A stretch of 64,000 bases of DNA, taken from Candidatus Saccharimonadota bacterium. Its GTDB lineage: Bacteria; Patescibacteriota; Saccharimonadia; Saccharimonadales; AWTP1-31. The stretch spans positions 898 to 64,897 of the forward strand of contig RXKC01000014.1 of assembly GCA_003962975.1 (NCBI GenBank), given 5' to 3'. Below are positions 9,118 to 18,790 of this stretch, piece by piece. Made by a program: the position numbers and the translations under genes. How positions within the stretch are numbered: position 1 is the first letter of the stretch; each line of letters begins with the position of its first letter. The notes under the pieces are model-generated. The model worked only from the letters and a program-made list of their open reading frames with translations, searched no databases and was not told the origin of the DNA.

Positions 9118-10158
9118 ATGAAAACACGTGTGGCTATTAATGGGTTTGGAAGAATCGGCCGAAATGCCTTTAAAGTAGCATTTGAGAGATCCGACATAGA
9201 GCTCGTAGCAATTAATGACCTGACTGACACAAAGACACTTGCTCATCTTTTAAAGTATGACAGTAACTACGGCACCTACCAGCACACAGTTAGCTATGAT
9301 GACCAACATATCATTGTAAACAAACAGAAGATCAAGGTTCTTGCTGAAAGAGAACCAGCTGCGTTGCCATGGAAAGAGCTCAAGATCGATGTGGTTATCG
9401 AATCAACAGGTTTCTTTACCGATCCAGCTACCGCAAAAGGTCACATCGATGCCGGAGCACACAAAGTAGTAATCTCTGGCCCAGCCAAAGGTGATGGCGC
9501 CACTACTATAGTTCTGGGCGTCAACGAAGATAAACTCGAAACAGCCGAAGACATCATCAGCAATGCGTCTTGTACCACAAACTGTATCACTCCTGTTGCT
9601 GCTGTGATCGAGAGCAACTTTGGTATCGATAAGGCTATGATGACAACCGTCCATAGCTATACAGCTAGCCAAAAGTTGCAAGATGCACCTGCCAAAGATT
9701 TGCGCGAAGCACGCAATGCAGCTGAAAATATCGTGCCGACAACCACTGGCGCGTCCAAGGCCGCAGCACTGGCATTACCAAGTCTCAAAGGTGTCTTCGG
9801 AGGCATGAGTGTACGTGTACCGACCCCAGTCGTGTCTTTAAGTGATTTCGTTATCATCACCAAACGCCCCGTAACCGTTGAGCTCGTTAACGAAGCGTTT
9901 AAAAAAGCTGCTAAGGAACCTTACTACCAAGGTATTCTAGGTGTTACAGAAGAAGAACTGGTCAGTGGCGATTTTATCGGAAACAGTCACTCGGCAACAG
10001 TTGATCTAAATCTTACTTCTGTCATTGGCGATAATATGCTTAAAGTAGTTGCTTGGTACGACAACGAGTGGGGCTACAGCAACCGACTTGTTGAAGTTGT
10101 TTCTGACACAGGACGTCTGCTACACCAAAAAACCGATCACAAAGAGCATCACAGCTAG
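9118..10158 (+). CDS. gap: Glyceraldehyde-3-phosphate dehydrogenase
   Basis: INGFGRIGR NAD-binding motif and SNASCTTNC active site; GAGGGG RBS. Confidence 0.95.
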   Translation: MKTRVAINGFGRIGRNAFKVAFERSDIELVAINDLTDTKTLAHLLKYDSNYGTYQHTVSYDDQHIIVNKQKIKVLAEREPAALPWKELKIDVVIESTGFFTDPATAKGHIDAGAHKVVISGPAKGDGATTIVLGVNEDKLETAEDIISNASCTTNCITPVAAVIESNFGIDKAMMTTVHSYTASQKLQDAPAKDLREARNAAENIVPTTTGASKAAALALPSLKGVFGGMSVRVPTPVVSLSDFVIITKRPVTVELVNEAFKKAAKEPYYQGILGVTEEELVSGDFIGNSHSATVDLNLTSVIGDNMLKVVAWYDNEWGYSNRLVEVVSDTGRLLHQKTDHKEHHS

Positions 10159-10166
10159 GAAATATC

Positions 10167-10616
10167 ATGAAGATATACATTGGATCAGACCATAACGGCT
10201 ACTACATCAAAAATGGACTTGTCGAGTATCTTTCTAATGCTGGTTACGATGTTGTCGATGTCGGCAATAAAGAGTTAGATAAAGATGATGATTTTACCGA
10301 TTATGCCGGTGACCTAGCCAATCAACTTCTGGCTACAGAGGAAGAGGAAGCAAAAGGAATCTTGTTATGCGGTAGTGGACAGGGAATGTGCATCGCCGCT
10401 AACCGCTTCAACGGGATACGTGCGTGTTTGGGATATGATCAAGATGCAGTCAAAGCTGGACGTAACGATAGTGACTGTAACGTACTATGTCTTGCTGCCA
10501 ATAAAGTCGATCAAGAACAGGCAAACTTACTTGCGGAAACATTTATTAACACAGCCTTCGCCGGGGCTGAGCGGTTTACAAGACGTATCAAAGCAGTCGA
10601 TCAATTAACAGCATAG
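10167..10616 (+). CDS. rpiB: Ribose-5-phosphate isomerase B
   Basis: 149 aa of RpiB/LacA type (MKIYIGSDHNGY...LLCGSGQGMCIAANR). Confidence 0.9.
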   Translation: MKIYIGSDHNGYYIKNGLVEYLSNAGYDVVDVGNKELDKDDDFTDYAGDLANQLLATEEEEAKGILLCGSGQGMCIAANRFNGIRACLGYDQDAVKAGRNDSDCNVLCLAANKVDQEQANLLAETFINTAFAGAERFTRRIKAVDQLTA

Positions 10617-10632
10617 AGCAAGTACAATCAGT

Positions 10633-11586
10633 ATGAACCCAAATGAACCCCAGCTACCAAACCAACCACCCGTGGTACCACCGGTACCACCTACGCCGCC
10701 ACTACCAAGTGATCCCATGGCTTTCCCGCAAACCCCGTCGACATCCCAGCCAGAACAACCACCGATAACCGCAAATCCAGTTCTTAACCCTATGCCGTCA
10801 CCTCAGCCAGACCCATTTGCGCAGCAACCGCAGCCACAAGACCTCGCATCTCAGCCAATCATGGGTGGTCCTATTGGCGGCCCTAGCTTTCCAAATAATC
10901 CCAGCAGTGTTATGTCATCTGCACCAACAAACAATAGCCACAAGAAATCAATTATTGCCATCGCAATTATCGTCGTTATCTTGGCAATCATTGGTGTTGC
11001 TGCGGCCTCGATGAGTGGCAGTAAGGGTGGCTCTCCGAATAGTGGTGGTTCTAGCAACACTCCTGGAGCCTCAGATTCAGACAGTTCAAGTGGCGGCAGC
11101 GAGGTTACTGCAACTTCACTGTCAGACTTCGAAAAAGCCTGCGATGGTAACAAGATTGTTAATGCTGCAGATGCATCAAGCGCCTCACCAAAACCCGTCG
11201 TGCTTTATGAGGAAAGTGACATCAGTGAAGGGCAGTACAATACTTCTGGCGTGTATATCGAAGACAAGACGTGGCGAGCTGACAGCGAGAACTTTGCAAA
11301 AACAGTATACGTAGGTTGTCTTACAAAGAAATCAACAAAAGCAACGGGCAAGAAATGTGACTTCAAGCGAGCCGAAGAAAGTGTCAGCATAGAGCAGTAC
11401 AGTGTTGTGTATAACTTAGCAATTTACGAAGCAAGAACTGGCAAGAAAGTTGCCGATAAAGAAATCAGCGGCCCTGTCGGTGACTGTCCATTTGTGGCAA
11501 GCTACAATCGTGAAGATCCAAAACTTTTCGCTGATCCTGATGAAGGTAGCGTAGCAGCAGCCCTAAAACCATTTGTCGCACCATAG
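10633..11586 (+). CDS. Proline-rich, single-pass membrane-anchored protein of unknown function
   Basis: The N-terminal ~95 aa are P/Q-rich low complexity. One TM helix follows (IIAIAIIVVILAIIGVAAA), then a Ser/Gly linker and a ~170-aa Cys-containing C-terminal domain. I recognise no family. Confidence 0.6.
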   Translation: MNPNEPQLPNQPPVVPPVPPTPPLPSDPMAFPQTPSTSQPEQPPITANPVLNPMPSPQPDPFAQQPQPQDLASQPIMGGPIGGPSFPNNPSSVMSSAPTNNSHKKSIIAIAIIVVILAIIGVAAASMSGSKGGSPNSGGSSNTPGASDSDSSSGGSEVTATSLSDFEKACDGNKIVNAADASSASPKPVVLYEESDISEGQYNTSGVYIEDKTWRADSENFAKTVYVGCLTKKSTKATGKKCDFKRAEESVSIEQYSVVYNLAIYEARTGKKVADKEISGPVGDCPFVASYNREDPKLFADPDEGSVAAALKPFVAP

Positions 11587-11588
11587 TA

Positions 11589-12230
11589 ATGGCTGTCATC
11601 TGCCCCACAGTAACTGCCGCTGAGCCGCACGAGTATCGTGAGCAGATAGAACGTATTGCCCCATTTGCACATCGCATTCATATTGATCTTGCAGATGGAG
11701 TGTTTACACCCAATAAACTAATTGATCTTATGCAGGTCTGGTGGCCAGTAGGTATGGTTGCAGATATACATCTAATGTATGAAGCCGTAATCCCGTTCAT
11801 TGAACAGTTAAAGGATCAGAAGCCGCATATGGTCATTGTGCACGCTGAATGTGCCGGTAACTTTTATGACATTGCTCGCGCCTTAAAAGAAAAGGACATC
11901 CGGGTCGGCGTCGCTCTGTTACCAGAAACAGGTGTCGAGAAAATCGCTCCAGCAATTGACGATATCGATCATGTACTTATTTTTAGTGGTGATCTTGGAT
12001 ACTTTGGAGGCACAGCCAAACTTCAGTTGCTCGATAAAGTGCCAGCCCTGCGTGCTTTAAAACCTGAACTCGAAATAGGTTGGGACGGCGGTATTAATAG
12101 TGATAACGCCGGCAAACTAGTTCTTGGGGGCATTGATGTTTTAAACACCGGCGGTGCCATTCATAAAGCCAAAAATCCCGAAGCCGCTTATGATAAGCTG
12201 AGTACTGTAATAGGAGAAGTTCGTGCCTAG
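11589..12230 (+). CDS. rpe: Ribulose-phosphate 3-epimerase-like (ribulose-phosphate-binding barrel)
   Basis: IHIDLADGVFTPN and a DGGI motif; 213 aa; sits in a pentose-phosphate context. The sequence is divergent, so the call is moderately confident. Confidence 0.7.
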   Translation: MAVICPTVTAAEPHEYREQIERIAPFAHRIHIDLADGVFTPNKLIDLMQVWWPVGMVADIHLMYEAVIPFIEQLKDQKPHMVIVHAECAGNFYDIARALKEKDIRVGVALLPETGVEKIAPAIDDIDHVLIFSGDLGYFGGTAKLQLLDKVPALRALKPELEIGWDGGINSDNAGKLVLGGIDVLNTGGAIHKAKNPEAAYDKLSTVIGEVRA

Positions 12231-13077
12231 CCTAACCTTACAGCAGTTGGAAGAAAAAGCAGTCGAGATCCGCGAAGACATAATTCGCATGCTTGAGCAT
12301 GCTGGCAGTGGTCACAGCGCCGGGCCTCTAGGTTTGGCCGATATATTTACAGCTCTCTATTTTGATGTCTTGAAGCATGATCCAAAAAAACCTGACTGGG
12401 ACGAACGTGATATCCTGCTGCTTAGTAACGGTCATACCGTGCCAGTGCGTTATGCCACAATGGCACATGCCGGATATTTCGAACGATCCGAGCTTATGAC
12501 GCTTCGTCAGTTTGGCTCACGCCTGCAAGGCCACCCCGAGCGAGACAAGCTACCGGGCATTGAGCATACTAGTGGTCCTTTAGGGTGCGGACTTAGCCAA
12601 GCTGCTGGCATGGCATTAGCAATGCGCATGAACAAACAAACTCACCGCTGGGTATATGTAGTTATGGGTGACGGCGAGCTCGATGAGGGCAATATTTGGG
12701 AAGCAGCCATGCTCGCCAGCAAGTACAAGCTCAGCAATATTATTGGCATCATTGACCGCAACAACATTCAAATTGACGGCCCTACAGAAAGCGTCATGCC
12801 ACTTGAAGACCTCAAAGATAAGTGGGAAGCGTTTGGTTGGCATGTTATTGAAGTCGACGGCAATAATATTGAGGCATTTATCGACGCGTGTGCCATGGCT
12901 CGTGCAGTTGTTGCTAAGCCAGTTATGATCATTGCGCACACAGTGCCGGGCAAAGGGGTGGACTTCATGGAGTACGATTTCCATTGGCATGGTGCACCAC
13001 CAAATCATGATCAAGCCAAAGAAGCATTGCATGATTTACGCACACTAAAAGGCAAGATTCGGAGCGAGCATGAGTAA
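12223..13077 (+). CDS. Transketolase, N-terminal (TPP-binding) subunit
   Basis: GSGHSAGPLG, GHPE and GDGELDEGNIWEA motifs. GTG start overlapping the end of rpe. Confidence 0.9.
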   Translation: MPSLTLQQLEEKAVEIREDIIRMLEHAGSGHSAGPLGLADIFTALYFDVLKHDPKKPDWDERDILLLSNGHTVPVRYATMAHAGYFERSELMTLRQFGSRLQGHPERDKLPGIEHTSGPLGCGLSQAAGMALAMRMNKQTHRWVYVVMGDGELDEGNIWEAAMLASKYKLSNIIGIIDRNNIQIDGPTESVMPLEDLKDKWEAFGWHVIEVDGNNIEAFIDACAMARAVVAKPVMIIAHTVPGKGVDFMEYDFHWHGAPPNHDQAKEALHDLRTLKGKIRSEHE

Positions 13078-14050
13078 GTCAGATAGTAACCTTGTTACAA
13101 CTAAATGGGCTTCTTATAAATTTGAGACAGAGCCAATCCGTAAAGGTTTTGGACGTGGCCTCAAGAAAGCTGGCGAAGCCAATGAGCACGTAGTAGCTGG
13201 CTGCGCCGACTTAACCGATTCGACCCAAATGAGCTTGTTTAAAGAAGCTTTTCCAGATCGTTTCATAGAAATTGGTGTTGCTGAGCAAAACTTGGTAACC
13301 GTCGGTTCCGGTCTGGCTGCAATGGGTAAGATTCCTTTTGTCAGCTCGTATGCTGCGTTTAGTCCTGGTCGTAACTGGGAGCAAATTCGAACCACCATCT
13401 GTCTTAATGATCAGCCAGTAAAGATTGTCGGCTCACATGCTGGCGTGTCTGTTGGTCCTGACGGTGCTACGCACCAAATGCTAGAAGACATCGCCCTGAT
13501 GCGCGTATTACCAAACATGGTAGTCGTGGTACCTGGTGACAGCATTGAGGCCGAAAAGGCTACGCTTGCTTTAGCAAAAGATTCTCGACCAGCCTATCTC
13601 CGACTTGCTCGCGAAGCGACGCCAATCATCACAACCGAAAGCTCACCATTTGTAATTGGTAAAGCCTATGTCTACCGTGAAGGCACTGACCTGACAATAA
13701 TCGCAACCGGAACCATGACGTATCAGGCTATGGTCGCAGCCGAGAAGCTAGCTGGCGACAATATCTCAGCCGAAGTAATCCATGTGCCGACTATTAAACC
13801 GCTTGATGCAGTAACACTGCTTGCAAGTGCCCGCAAAACAGGCAAGGTACTCACTGTAGAAGAAGCCCAGATTGCGGGTGGTCTAGGTGGAGCAGTAGCC
13901 GAACTATTGAGCGAACAAGCCCCAACAAAGATGCTCCGAATAGGCATGAAGGATCGCTTTGGTGAGTCAGGTAAACCTGAAGAACTGCTTGAGCATTTTG
14001 GCTTAACTGCTAAGCATATCGCTTTGCAGGCATACGCACTTATTTCGTAG
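13070..14050 (+). CDS. Transketolase, C-terminal (pyrimidine-binding plus C-terminal domain) subunit
   Basis: EIGVAEQN and GPDGATHQ motifs. It overlaps the N-terminal subunit gene by 8 nt. Confidence 0.9.
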   Translation: MSKSDSNLVTTKWASYKFETEPIRKGFGRGLKKAGEANEHVVAGCADLTDSTQMSLFKEAFPDRFIEIGVAEQNLVTVGSGLAAMGKIPFVSSYAAFSPGRNWEQIRTTICLNDQPVKIVGSHAGVSVGPDGATHQMLEDIALMRVLPNMVVVVPGDSIEAEKATLALAKDSRPAYLRLAREATPIITTESSPFVIGKAYVYREGTDLTIIATGTMTYQAMVAAEKLAGDNISAEVIHVPTIKPLDAVTLLASARKTGKVLTVEEAQIAGGLGGAVAELLSEQAPTKMLRIGMKDRFGESGKPEELLEHFGLTAKHIALQAYALIS

Positions 14051-14057
14051 ATTTTAG

Positions 14058-14705
14058 CTATGCACTTGGATCAAAGACACGTTTTCGAAGCACTACCAGT
14101 CGTGTGATTATGACCATAAAATGCAGCATGAGTATCTCGCCTAGGGCAGTAAGGGCTAGTAGTACTACGTCTGCGTTGCCGCTCCAGCCACGCATAATAT
14201 CGGCAAAAGCGTTACTGACGCGCGGCCAACCACTACTGACGACAAAGTTCAAATACACAATACCTATAACGGCAACCGACGTACGAATGACCGTTCGCTT
14301 TATAAAATCATTCAACTGCGCCTTAGGATCAGTATCTTTGGGATGGACATAACGGCTATATACAAGATCGTTGTTAAGCTCAGTAGAGAAAGTCGACCAT
14401 ACCCACCACAGCAAGTTAACAAGCAAGCCCACTAGCCCCCAGAAGATAGCTAGTGAGAGAGAACCGGCGATACGCTCGCCAACCAATCGCTGCAAGCCGT
14501 AATCAACTAGACTAATACCGTACCGTATGGGGTTAAAATCTCCGGTAGCAAACAGTATGCTGTCGATAAAGTCTTGGCTACACAAAAAAATTGTTAATGC
14601 AGTGAGCATAACATACACAGTAACTTCTGCCGGTGTCGGCAATACCCAGTCTAAAAAATGTCGCAGTTTGGTTTTGTGTTCGTCCATTGGTGGAATACCT
14701 GCCAC
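14058..14705 (-). CDS. Multi-pass membrane protein, unknown function
   Basis: 215 aa with about 5 hydrophobic helices and no recognised motif. Confidence 0.55.
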   Translation of the reverse strand: MAGIPPMDEHKTKLRHFLDWVLPTPAEVTVYVMLTALTIFLCSQDFIDSILFATGDFNPIRYGISLVDYGLQRLVGERIAGSLSLAIFWGLVGLLVNLLWWVWSTFSTELNNDLVYSRYVHPKDTDPKAQLNDFIKRTVIRTSVAVIGIVYLNFVVSSGWPRVSNAFADIMRGWSGNADVVLLALTALGEILMLHFMVIITRLVVLRKRVFDPSA

Positions 14706-14739
14706 ACATTATATGGTATTCTAAGCATAAGTAAAACAG

Positions 14740-15663
14740 GTGGGAATTGTGCCAATAACACTCGAACAAGCAAAAGAAAATTGTAAAAAGGCTCGGGCCG
14801 CTGTAGCTCGTGCACGACGCGAAAAATTTGCCCTTGGGGCATTTAACCTAGATAACCAAGAAACACTTATAGCTGTAGTACGCGCAGCTGCCGCCACCCA
14901 AGCACCAGTCCTTGTAGAAGTCAGTCACGGTGAGGTAGAACTGCTTGGTCTCGAAAACGTACGTGATATGGTTGACAATTACAAAGCCGAGTACGGTGTC
15001 GAGATTTACATCAACCTGGATCACTCGCCAACAGTTGAAGCTTCCAAAGCAGCCATTGATATGGGTTTTGAGTTTATTCACATTGACGTATCCCAGGCTG
15101 ATCACAATGCAACCGAAGAAGAGATCATTGCTCGCACCAAAGAAGTTGTTGAGTATGCGAAGCGCACCGGCGCCCTCGTCGAGAGCGAACCACATTACTT
15201 TGGCGGCGGATCAAACAAGTTTACAAAAGCCTTTGACTACGACGAAATAAAGAAGACTTTTAGTACTCCAGAAGGTGCAAAAACCTTCGTAGAAGCGACT
15301 GGCATTGATACATTCGCAGCCGCTATCGGCAATCTCCATGGTTCATATCCTGTTCCAAAGAGGCTTGATCTCGACCTGCTCAAAGAGGTTCGTGCAGCAA
15401 TCGATTGTAATATTAGTCTGCACGGTGGAAGCGGTACACCAACCCACTATTTTGAAGATGCTGTCGAAATTGGCGTCACCAAAATCAACATCAACTCCGA
15501 TATGCGCGTAGCTTACCGCAACACTCTGGAAAAGGTTCTCAAAGATAATAAAAGCGAGTTTGCCGTCATCAAGCTGATGGACGAAGTCATAACTGCAGTA
15601 CAAGAAGTGGTTGAATCAAAGATCAAAGCTTTTAACGCCGTCGGCAAAGCCCAACCACAATAG
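14740..15663 (+). CDS. fba: Fructose-bisphosphate aldolase, class II
   Basis: FNLDNQE, LDHS and a LHGGSG-type motif; 307 aa; GTG start. Confidence 0.9.
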   Translation: MGIVPITLEQAKENCKKARAAVARARREKFALGAFNLDNQETLIAVVRAAAATQAPVLVEVSHGEVELLGLENVRDMVDNYKAEYGVEIYINLDHSPTVEASKAAIDMGFEFIHIDVSQADHNATEEEIIARTKEVVEYAKRTGALVESEPHYFGGGSNKFTKAFDYDEIKKTFSTPEGAKTFVEATGIDTFAAAIGNLHGSYPVPKRLDLDLLKEVRAAIDCNISLHGGSGTPTHYFEDAVEIGVTKININSDMRVAYRNTLEKVLKDNKSEFAVIKLMDEVITAVQEVVESKIKAFNAVGKAQPQ

Positions 15664-15670
15664 ACTGGGT

Positions 15671-15761
15671 GGATTCAACTCTGGTTTGAGGAGCATTATG
15701 CCGAGTGCAGCCTAGCGGCTAAAGCCGCGTGCGAAACGTCTCCGAAAACAGAGTTGAATCC
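15671..15761 (+). repeat. 13-bp perfect inverted repeat closing a ~91-nt imperfect hairpin (candidate structured RNA or 3'-UTR element)
   Basis: GGATTCAACTCTG (15671-15683) is the exact reverse complement of CAGAGTTGAATCC (15749-15761). Inside are TTT/AAA and GGAG/CTCC pairings and an apical GCGGC-UAAA-GCCGC hairpin (15715-15728). The element starts 8 nt after the fba stop. Confidence 0.4.
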
Positions 15762-15839
15762 AAACAAATATGCTGGCAAGGCTGCGGCGGATGATGCTAC
15801 AATACTGTTAACCATAAGCAATAAGTAACTAGGGGTGGC

Positions 15840-16847
15840 ATGAGTAAAATTGACGTACTATCAGTAGGCGGAATCGTAACCGATACATTCATTCGACTTG
15901 TTGAAGATCAGGCAACGACCGCTGAAGATACAGAAGGCAATCAAACTATTACGATGCCCTTTGGCGTCAAAATACCTTTTGAATATGCCGAGGATGTGAT
16001 TGCAGTGGGTAATGCTGCAAATGCAGCAGTTAGCTTTGCGCGACTGGGGCTTGATAGTGCGCTACACGCCAATCTTGGCAATGATCAAGCTGGCCGCGAC
16101 ATGCTTGCGTACCTAGAAAAAAGCAAAGTCGATACCAGACTCATGAAGATCCATCCCAAAAAAGCCAGCAATCATCACTATGTACTGTGGCACAAAGAAG
16201 AGCGCACTATCTTAGTGCATGACGAAGCATATACCTACCACTGGCCACACTTGCGACCTGACGAGATGCCTCAATGGATTTACTTTACATCTATGGGTGA
16301 AGACTCCGAGAAGTTTCATGATGAACTTGCCGAATGGCTAGGCCGGCACGAAGACGTCAAGCTAGCGTTTCAGCCTGGTACCTTCCAAATCAAAATGGGT
16401 GCCAAGCGCTTAGCCGAAATCTATAAGCAAGCTGATGTATTGGCCGTTAACCGCGAAGAAGCTGTTCTTATAACTGGTGGTGTTCATGAAAACCTGAACG
16501 AGCTATTTGATAAGCTTCACGCACTAGGCTCTAAAACAGTTGTGATCAGCGATGGTCACGATGGTGCCTACGCATCTGATGGTACTCGACGCCTAAAGAT
16601 GCCTATTTATCCAGACCCCTCACCGCCATATGAGCGCACTGGAGCAGGTGATGCCTTTACATCAACCTTTGTGGCTGCTCTTATTCATGGCGCAGACATA
16701 GAAGGAGCCTTGCAGTGGGGGCCAATTAACTCTATGAGTGTTGTTCAGCACCTTGGTGCGCAAAAAGGACTACTGACCGAAGCTCAGCTAAGTCGCCTCC
16801 TGCAACACTCTCCAAAATGGTATCGAGCTACACCACTAGAAAAGTAG
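15840..16847 (+). CDS. PfkB-family carbohydrate kinase
   Basis: C-terminal TGAGDAF motif and ribokinase-like layout; 335 aa. Confidence 0.85.
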   Translation: MSKIDVLSVGGIVTDTFIRLVEDQATTAEDTEGNQTITMPFGVKIPFEYAEDVIAVGNAANAAVSFARLGLDSALHANLGNDQAGRDMLAYLEKSKVDTRLMKIHPKKASNHHYVLWHKEERTILVHDEAYTYHWPHLRPDEMPQWIYFTSMGEDSEKFHDELAEWLGRHEDVKLAFQPGTFQIKMGAKRLAEIYKQADVLAVNREEAVLITGGVHENLNELFDKLHALGSKTVVISDGHDGAYASDGTRRLKMPIYPDPSPPYERTGAGDAFTSTFVAALIHGADIEGALQWGPINSMSVVQHLGAQKGLLTEAQLSRLLQHSPKWYRATPLEK

Positions 16848-16908
16848 TGGTTAGAATCGATATCTTTCTTTATATACAACCTGTTAACGTGGTAAGCTTA
16901 AGCTAAAT

Positions 16909-18147
16909 ATGACACGAGTTTTGTCCCAATTATTAGAGGCGAGGGAGCCATTATTCACAATGGCCCTAAACCAGCTAGAGTCAAAAAGCGGGCATCCCTC
17001 TGTTGATGTTCGTCTTTCCGCAGAGATTCAGGCGACAGTGCATGCTAAAGTTCGCGAATTAGGACTTGACCCTACTGACACTACCGGCAAAGAGCTTTAT
17101 CACAGTCTACAAGCGCTCGTAGCGCTGCATGACAAGTATCTGGCGAGTGCTATCGGCAGTAGCACCGACGGTCTACTCGTTGATCAACTGCAAGCAATCA
17201 AGAAAACCGTTGATAATTTACCACTACCGCAAAAAGCCTGGGTAATTAAGCACAGCGTTGCCAAAAAACTCTTAAAAGCCCAGCCCCCTAAGAAGGTCAT
17301 GAAACAACTGGGCTATAAGTCAATTGACTCAATGCTTAAGCGTGAGAACATTCACGAGATTTTTGCCGCCACACGTTTTCTGGAGACTAAAGTTTGGATG
17401 CGTAAATTTGTGAAGTCTTACCACAAACTAGGACCGAGCGATTTCGAGGTGAGGAATATTGATGTGCTAGTGCTTGATCAAAAACGTTATGGAGATTCTA
17501 CAACTAAGTTCATTATGTCCCAACGGCACAACATAACGCACCTTAAAGAACTCGGTGTAGTTCTTATTCTGCCGTTACCGGTACCGCGTATCCGGGGTGC
17601 TATCATCACCATATTGCCATTTGTGCTGCATTACATTAACGAAATCCGTTCCTACAGCGCGTTCTTCAAGATGCAACAAGTTCGTCCCGATTTTGGCGAG
17701 ATCCTAGTGAACACAATCTTGGATGATCCAGGCAAGGCCGCAAGACTAGGCAATCAAGCAATTCACTGGCGCATCATCCAGAGACACTTTGGACTTCAAG
17801 ACCCCAAGACCCATCCGGAACTGTTTGAGCCGCATGTTCAACCTGAAGACTTGCACTGGCGTAAAGCAGAATCTGTCATATATTGGCTTGAGCCTGCTCT
17901 GAAGTTCTGGGAAGACCTAGACTACGTGGCTGCTCTGCATCCAGACTCAATCGTGCCCCTCAGCCTCATGGATAATGCCGTTAGCTACTGTAATGGCCTA
18001 GAGTATGGTCAGCATTCCATTGGCTACTTCCGCCCGAGCCTTTGGAACGAAGTCTACGCACAGTACATTGGACAAGAAATCTTCGAAAGCCAAGTACTAA
18101 GTCATCTTAATAGCGAAATACTTACTCCAGAATTGGTGGATGTCTAA
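16909..18147 (+). CDS. Hypothetical protein (412 aa), no recognised domain
   Basis: A long ORF with normal composition. Its stop overlaps the start of the next gene (TAATG), which suggests coupling. Confidence 0.6.
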   Translation: MTRVLSQLLEAREPLFTMALNQLESKSGHPSVDVRLSAEIQATVHAKVRELGLDPTDTTGKELYHSLQALVALHDKYLASAIGSSTDGLLVDQLQAIKKTVDNLPLPQKAWVIKHSVAKKLLKAQPPKKVMKQLGYKSIDSMLKRENIHEIFAATRFLETKVWMRKFVKSYHKLGPSDFEVRNIDVLVLDQKRYGDSTTKFIMSQRHNITHLKELGVVLILPLPVPRIRGAIITILPFVLHYINEIRSYSAFFKMQQVRPDFGEILVNTILDDPGKAARLGNQAIHWRIIQRHFGLQDPKTHPELFEPHVQPEDLHWRKAESVIYWLEPALKFWEDLDYVAALHPDSIVPLSLMDNAVSYCNGLEYGQHSIGYFRPSLWNEVYAQYIGQEIFESQVLSHLNSEILTPELVDV

Positions 18148-18710
18148 TGTATCAAATCTGTGTATCAGCTGCCGCGAAAGGCAAAAGCGTAGAAGACGGA
18201 CGTCTGCTTGCAGAAGCTGCGGGACTAGCTTTAGCTAAATCAGGCCATTCGCTCATGACTGGTGCAACGGTAGGACTACCCAATATAGCTGCAGAAAGCT
18301 ACAAAAAGAATAATGGCCATATGAGTCTCGGTATCAGCCCAGCTAGCAGCAAAATCGAGCATGTCATGAAGTATCGTCTGCCAACCGAAGCTTATGATGT
18401 CATTCTGTATTCTGGCCTAAATTATGTAGGGCGCGACGCACTGCTCATTGCATCATCAGATGCAGTCCTAAGTATTGGTGGTCGCATAGGTACCCTGCAT
18501 GAGTTCACGATTGCCATGGAAACAGAAACACCTATCGGTTTTATCCAGGGCGCTGGAGGCATTAGCAGTGAAATCATGGACATTATGCACGCAGCCGGCA
18601 AACGCTCTGATGAAGATGTTATTTTTGGGGACAGTGCCGAAGAAGTTTTAGAAAAACTCGTCCAACTGCTCAACAAACGCAACAAAAAATACGCCCACCT
18701 CTACAAATAA
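18147..18710 (+). CDS. LOG/TIGR00725-family Rossmann-fold protein
   Basis: The pattern ...[13 protein letters not shown]...ISPA...[18 protein letters not shown]... matches the TIGR00725 / lysine-decarboxylase-like (LOG) fold layout. Confidence 0.65.
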   Translation: MYQICVSAAAKGKSVEDGRLLAEAAGLALAKSGHSLMTGATVGLPNIAAESYKKNNGHMSLGISPASSKIEHVMKYRLPTEAYDVILYSGLNYVGRDALLIASSDAVLSIGGRIGTLHEFTIAMETETPIGFIQGAGGISSEIMDIMHAAGKRSDEDVIFGDSAEEVLEKLVQLLNKRNKKYAHLYK

Positions 18711-18790
18711 CTACCCGAGCATTCGTTGGCTCAGGTTCTTTGCCGATACAGTTCACTTCATCACATCTCGCTTCGGTGTACAATGTAAGG

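Noticed and set aside
15671-15761. The long hairpin as SRP (4.5S) RNA, 6S RNA or a MITE.
   Set aside because: It lacks the conserved SRP domain IV motifs (GNAR tetraloop, GGAA/AGCA loops), and at ~91 nt it is too short for 6S RNA. I see no flanking target-site duplication and no second copy in the window, so it stays an unclassified structure.
18716-18729. A LexA/Cheo-box-like sequence, CGAGCATTCGTTGG, upstream of uvrB.
   Set aside because: Only 8 of 10 defined positions match CGAAC-N4-GTTCG. It lies about 50 nt upstream of the -10 box rather than overlapping the promoter. I found no similar box at radA or recG, so it is probably a chance match.
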